Part shown: positions 61,170 to 64,000 of the stretch, one piece after another
How the letters are laid out: each line of letters begins with the position of its first letter
Numbering within the stretch: the first letter of the stretch is position 1
DNA from: Candidatus Shapirobacteria bacterium
GTDB taxonomy: Bacteria; Patescibacteriota; Microgenomatia; UBA12405; BS750m-G30
Direction of reading: 5' to 3'
Length of the DNA stretch: 64,000 nucleotides
NCBI GenBank assembly: GCA_043817235.1
Contig: JBDRHA010000011.1
Location: 35,223-99,222, forward strand
Made by a program: the position numbers and the translations under genes
The notes under the pieces: generated by a model
What the model was told of the DNA's origin: nothing
Databases searched by the model: none
The model's input: only the letters and a program-made list of their open reading frames with translations

Positions 61170-61520
61170 ATGGACAACACTGTGCAAATTATTTTTATTG
61201 CCAGCTTATCTTTGCTGACAATAATCTTTGTAATTATCGGAATTTGGATAGTGCTGGTATTAAGGGAAATCAGGAGTACGATTAAAAATTTAAATCAGAC
61301 GATTGATAATCTGGAAAATTTTACGGCTAAACTCAGCGAGCCGGCGGAGTTTTTAGGCGGGATGATTAAGGGACTAGAGCGGGGTTTAGAGACTATTTCT
61401 TTGGTCAAGGGTTTTTTTGGTAAAAAAAAGAAGGAAAAATCAAGAGGGTTAATCAGGGGCAATTGGGTTCAATTACTTTTTCGCTTATCTTTCCGGTCGG
61501 GCTTTGAGAAACTATCGTGA
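61170..61520 (+). CDS. YoxC/DUF948-like membrane coiled-coil protein (apparently inverted; tail runs antisense into rodZ)
   Basis: TM followed by heptad region; only plausible + strand gene between 28 kb and 64 kb. Confidence 0.7.
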   Translation: MDNTVQIIFIASLSLLTIIFVIIGIWIVLVLREIRSTIKNLNQTIDNLENFTAKLSEPAEFLGGMIKGLERGLETISLVKGFFGKKKKEKSRGLIRGNWVQLLFRLSFRSGFEKLS

Positions 61521-62058
61521 TGTCTTCATCCTGATAAGAATTTACTTCTTTGCTAAACTCTCCCCTTGGAGAAACCAGTACAGCCTGTCCATCTATTTTT
61601 ACCGCCGCTTCTTTACTGGTTTTTCCTTCCACTAAAACTTTCTCAGACCCGCAAGAAGCATGGACCGAAAGCTTTGGGGGTGAATTAAAAATTACGTATT
61701 GCCTAACTAGATAAATAACCGCCAAAACAATCAAGAAGCCAGCCACTAAAGTGCTACTTGTTAACAGCGGCGCTTTTTCCAAAAATATATTTCTTTTTCT
61801 AATTTCTAAATTAGCTGCCGCTTCTCCTTCCCAGTCTCTACGAAATATCCTAACCAGCCTTAAGGGTGAAAGACCTAAAAAAGCAGCATAGTCCCGAACA
61901 TAAAGCTGAGCATAATCATAATTTGGGAAAACTTTCTGGTTTTCCTTCTCAATTGCCTCAAGGTATTGGCGGGGAATTTTAGTTTCTTCAGCTACCTTTT
62001 TTAAGGAAATGTTTTTCCCCAGCCGAGTCCTTTTAAAAATCTCGCTTGCTCTGTCCAT
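61453..62058 (-). CDS. RodZ-like HTH membrane protein
   Basis: HTH (VAEETKIPRQYLEAIEK...YVRDYAAFLGL), TM, short C-domain; follows ftsK. Confidence 0.82.
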   Translation of the reverse strand: MDRASEIFKRTRLGKNISLKKVAEETKIPRQYLEAIEKENQKVFPNYDYAQLYVRDYAAFLGLSPLRLVRIFRRDWEGEAAANLEIRKRNIFLEKAPLLTSSTLVAGFLIVLAVIYLVRQYVIFNSPPKLSVHASCGSEKVLVEGKTSKEAAVKIDGQAVLVSPRGEFSKEVNSYQDEDITIVSQSPTGKISEKVIEPNCP

Positions 62059-62070
62059 TATTTGTCTCGC

Positions 62071-63999
62071 TTAACTTTCAGCCTGGAGCTCAGGCGGAAG
62101 ATTGGCGACTAATATTTCTCTTGGCTTAGAACCTTGAGCCGGCCCTACTATTCCCGCTATTTCCAACTGATCTAATATTCGCGCCGCCCGCGCATACCCA
62201 ACCTTGAGTCGGCGCTGAATCAAAGAAGCTGAAGCCTTTTTCTCTCCAATAATCAATTGAGCTACCTTAATAAAAAGCTCATCCCTTTCTTCACCATTAA
62301 CTACATAAGTTTTTGTACCGGATACCGGAACCGGCTGAGTAATTACTCTTTCGTCGTACACTGTCTCGCCCTCTTTTTTCAAAAATTCTATTAGTCGTTT
62401 TACCTCTTTGTCTGAAACAAACGGACCCTGAATCCGGGAAGGCTTAGCTTGATCAGGGGGAATAAAAAGCATATCCCCCCGGCCCAGCAGCTTCTCTGCT
62501 CCAGGGGTATCTAAAATAACCCGAGAGTCAGTCATGCTGGCCACCGCAAAGGAAATACGCGCCGGAATATTGGCTTTAATTAAACCGGTAAGAACGTCCA
62601 CCGAAGGGCGCTGGGTTGCTAATAATAAATGAATGCCGGTAGCCCGAGCCATTTGGGCAATCCGGCAAACAGAATCTTCTACTTCAGCCGGAGCATAAAG
62701 CATAATATCTGCCAGCTCGTCAATGAAAATAAGAATATAAGGCAAACCCTCTAAGCCCGATGTTTCATTATAGCTTTCCACATTCCGCGCCCCCACTTCA
62801 GAAAAGAGTTTATAGCGCCGATCCATTTCCTTAATAGCCCAATTAAGAGCAGAAACCACTTTTTCCGGTTCGTGAATTACCGGCGAAAGCAAATGAGGCA
62901 CGCCGTTATATAAATTCATTTCAACCCTTTTGGGGTCTACTAAAATCATTCTTACCTCATCCGGGGTAGCGCGCATAAGCAAGGTAGCAATCCAGGCATT
63001 CATTAAAACACTTTTTCCTGATCCCGTTTGCCCAGCGATAAGAACATGGGGCATTTTGCTTATATCTGCCACCCGAAAATTTCCGGAAACGTCCAAGCCC
63101 AGAGGAACAGCCAATTTTGAAACAGATTCAGAAAGAAGATCGCTTTGGAGCATTTGTCTTAAGCCCACCATCTGTAACCCCCGATTCGGAACTTCAATGC
63201 CTACGAATGAGCGGCCAGGAATAGGCGCTTCAATTCTTATCTGGCCAGTAGGAGCAGCCAGGGCCAGGGCCAGGTCATTGGAAAGGGCAGTAATTTTAGA
63301 AAGCTTTGTCCCCAAAGCCACTTCCAGAGCATACTGAGTAACAGCCGGCCCTTTATTAATTTCCCCCACTCGAGCCATAATACCAAAAGAATCAAGAGTT
63401 TTTTCAATTACACTGGCATTTGCCTTAACATCTCCCCGATCCGCTTCACCCCCTATCGCATCTTCCAATACATCCAAAGGAGGATGACGCCAAATCTTAT
63501 TTTTCAAAGAAGGAGTTGGGCTAAGCAGCTCTTCCTCTTTCTTGCTTTCTTCAAGATTTAGCTGCGGCGGACTAGCCTTAGTTTCATTTTTTTGGGTCAC
63601 AAAAACCGCCTTTTTGGGCATCAAGGGGCCAGAGAAAAGTTTACTTTTTATTTGCCAGAAAATATCAAGGCTAAATTTTATCAGCTGATCTAAGGAGGTA
63701 TTAAAAAGGATAACTAAACTAATTAAAAAGCCAAAAAATAGCAGAAAAAAAGCCCCAAAGCCGGTAATTAACAAGCGGAGTTCCTGCCACATCATTTGGC
63801 CAACTAAACCGCTTTGGGATAGACCAGCTAAAGAAAGAATGGCTAAAAAAGAACCTAAAAGCACATATAGCTGCTTAAACGGAGTGCTAAAACGAGACAA
63901 AAAAAGGCCAATTGCCAATAACCAAAAAGGAACTAAGATAGAAACAGGACCAAGAAGAGCGATTAATTGCTGATTAATCTCAATTAAAAATAGTCCTTT
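62071..63999 (-). CDS. ftsK: DNA translocase FtsK/SpoIIIE (5' end outside window)
   Basis: PHVLIAGQTGSGKS, IDELAD, ATQRPS, gamma domain IQRRLKVGYARAAR; frame stays open to the window edge. Confidence 0.96.
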   Translation of the reverse strand, partial: KGLFLIEINQQLIALLGPVSILVPFWLLAIGLFLSRFSTPFKQLYVLLGSFLAILSLAGLSQSGLVGQMMWQELRLLITGFGAFFLLFFGFLISLVILFNTSLDQLIKFSLDIFWQIKSKLFSGPLMPKKAVFVTQKNETKASPPQLNLEESKKEEELLSPTPSLKNKIWRHPPLDVLEDAIGGEADRGDVKANASVIEKTLDSFGIMARVGEINKGPAVTQYALEVALGTKLSKITALSNDLALALAAPTGQIRIEAPIPGRSFVGIEVPNRGLQMVGLRQMLQSDLLSESVSKLAVPLGLDVSGNFRVADISKMPHVLIAGQTGSGKSVLMNAWIATLLMRATPDEVRMILVDPKRVEMNLYNGVPHLLSPVIHEPEKVVSALNWAIKEMDRRYKLFSEVGARNVESYNETSGLEGLPYILIFIDELADIMLYAPAEVEDSVCRIAQMARATGIHLLLATQRPSVDVLTGLIKANIPARISFAVASMTDSRVILDTPGAEKLLGRGDMLFIPPDQAKPSRIQGPFVSDKEVKRLIEFLKKEGETVYDERVITQPVPVSGTKTYVVNGEERDELFIKVAQLIIGEKKASASLIQRRLKVGYARAARILDQLEIAGIVGPAQGSKPREILVANLPPELQAES

Positions 64000-64000
64000 T

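Overview
Core chromosomal segment of a Candidate Phyla Radiation (Patescibacteria, most likely Microgenomates-type) bacterium using genetic code 11. The lineage call rests on no uL30 between rpsE and rplO, N-terminally short uL2, GAD-less AspRS, short AlaRS and a divergent RpoB Rif pocket. It holds gltX (partial), dac, aspS, recJ, cca, secDF, a compact rnpB, miaA, HU, rny, recX-recA, the whole rpoBC-str-S10-spc-alpha-rplM/rpsI superoperon, mltG-ruvX-sortase-alaS, rodZ-like and ftsK (partial). The most unusual part is an integrase-free accessory island (about 19.86-28.0 kb). At its left end a small GIY-YIG gene lies between a duplicated, palindrome-interrupted 5' fragment of tRNA-Pro and the intact tRNA-Pro(GGG), whose first base directly follows the nuclease stop codon. 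At its right end three gene cassettes are each delimited by a degenerate copy of the last codons of rpsI (KKQSPKR*), which looks like serial capture of genes at the rpsI 3' end. Other notable signals: an apparently inverted ~260-bp segment splitting a YoxC/YtxH-like gene, pervasive leaderless promoters, a non-canonical EF-Tu switch-I region, and uS12 with substitutions at both classical streptomycin-resistance positions.
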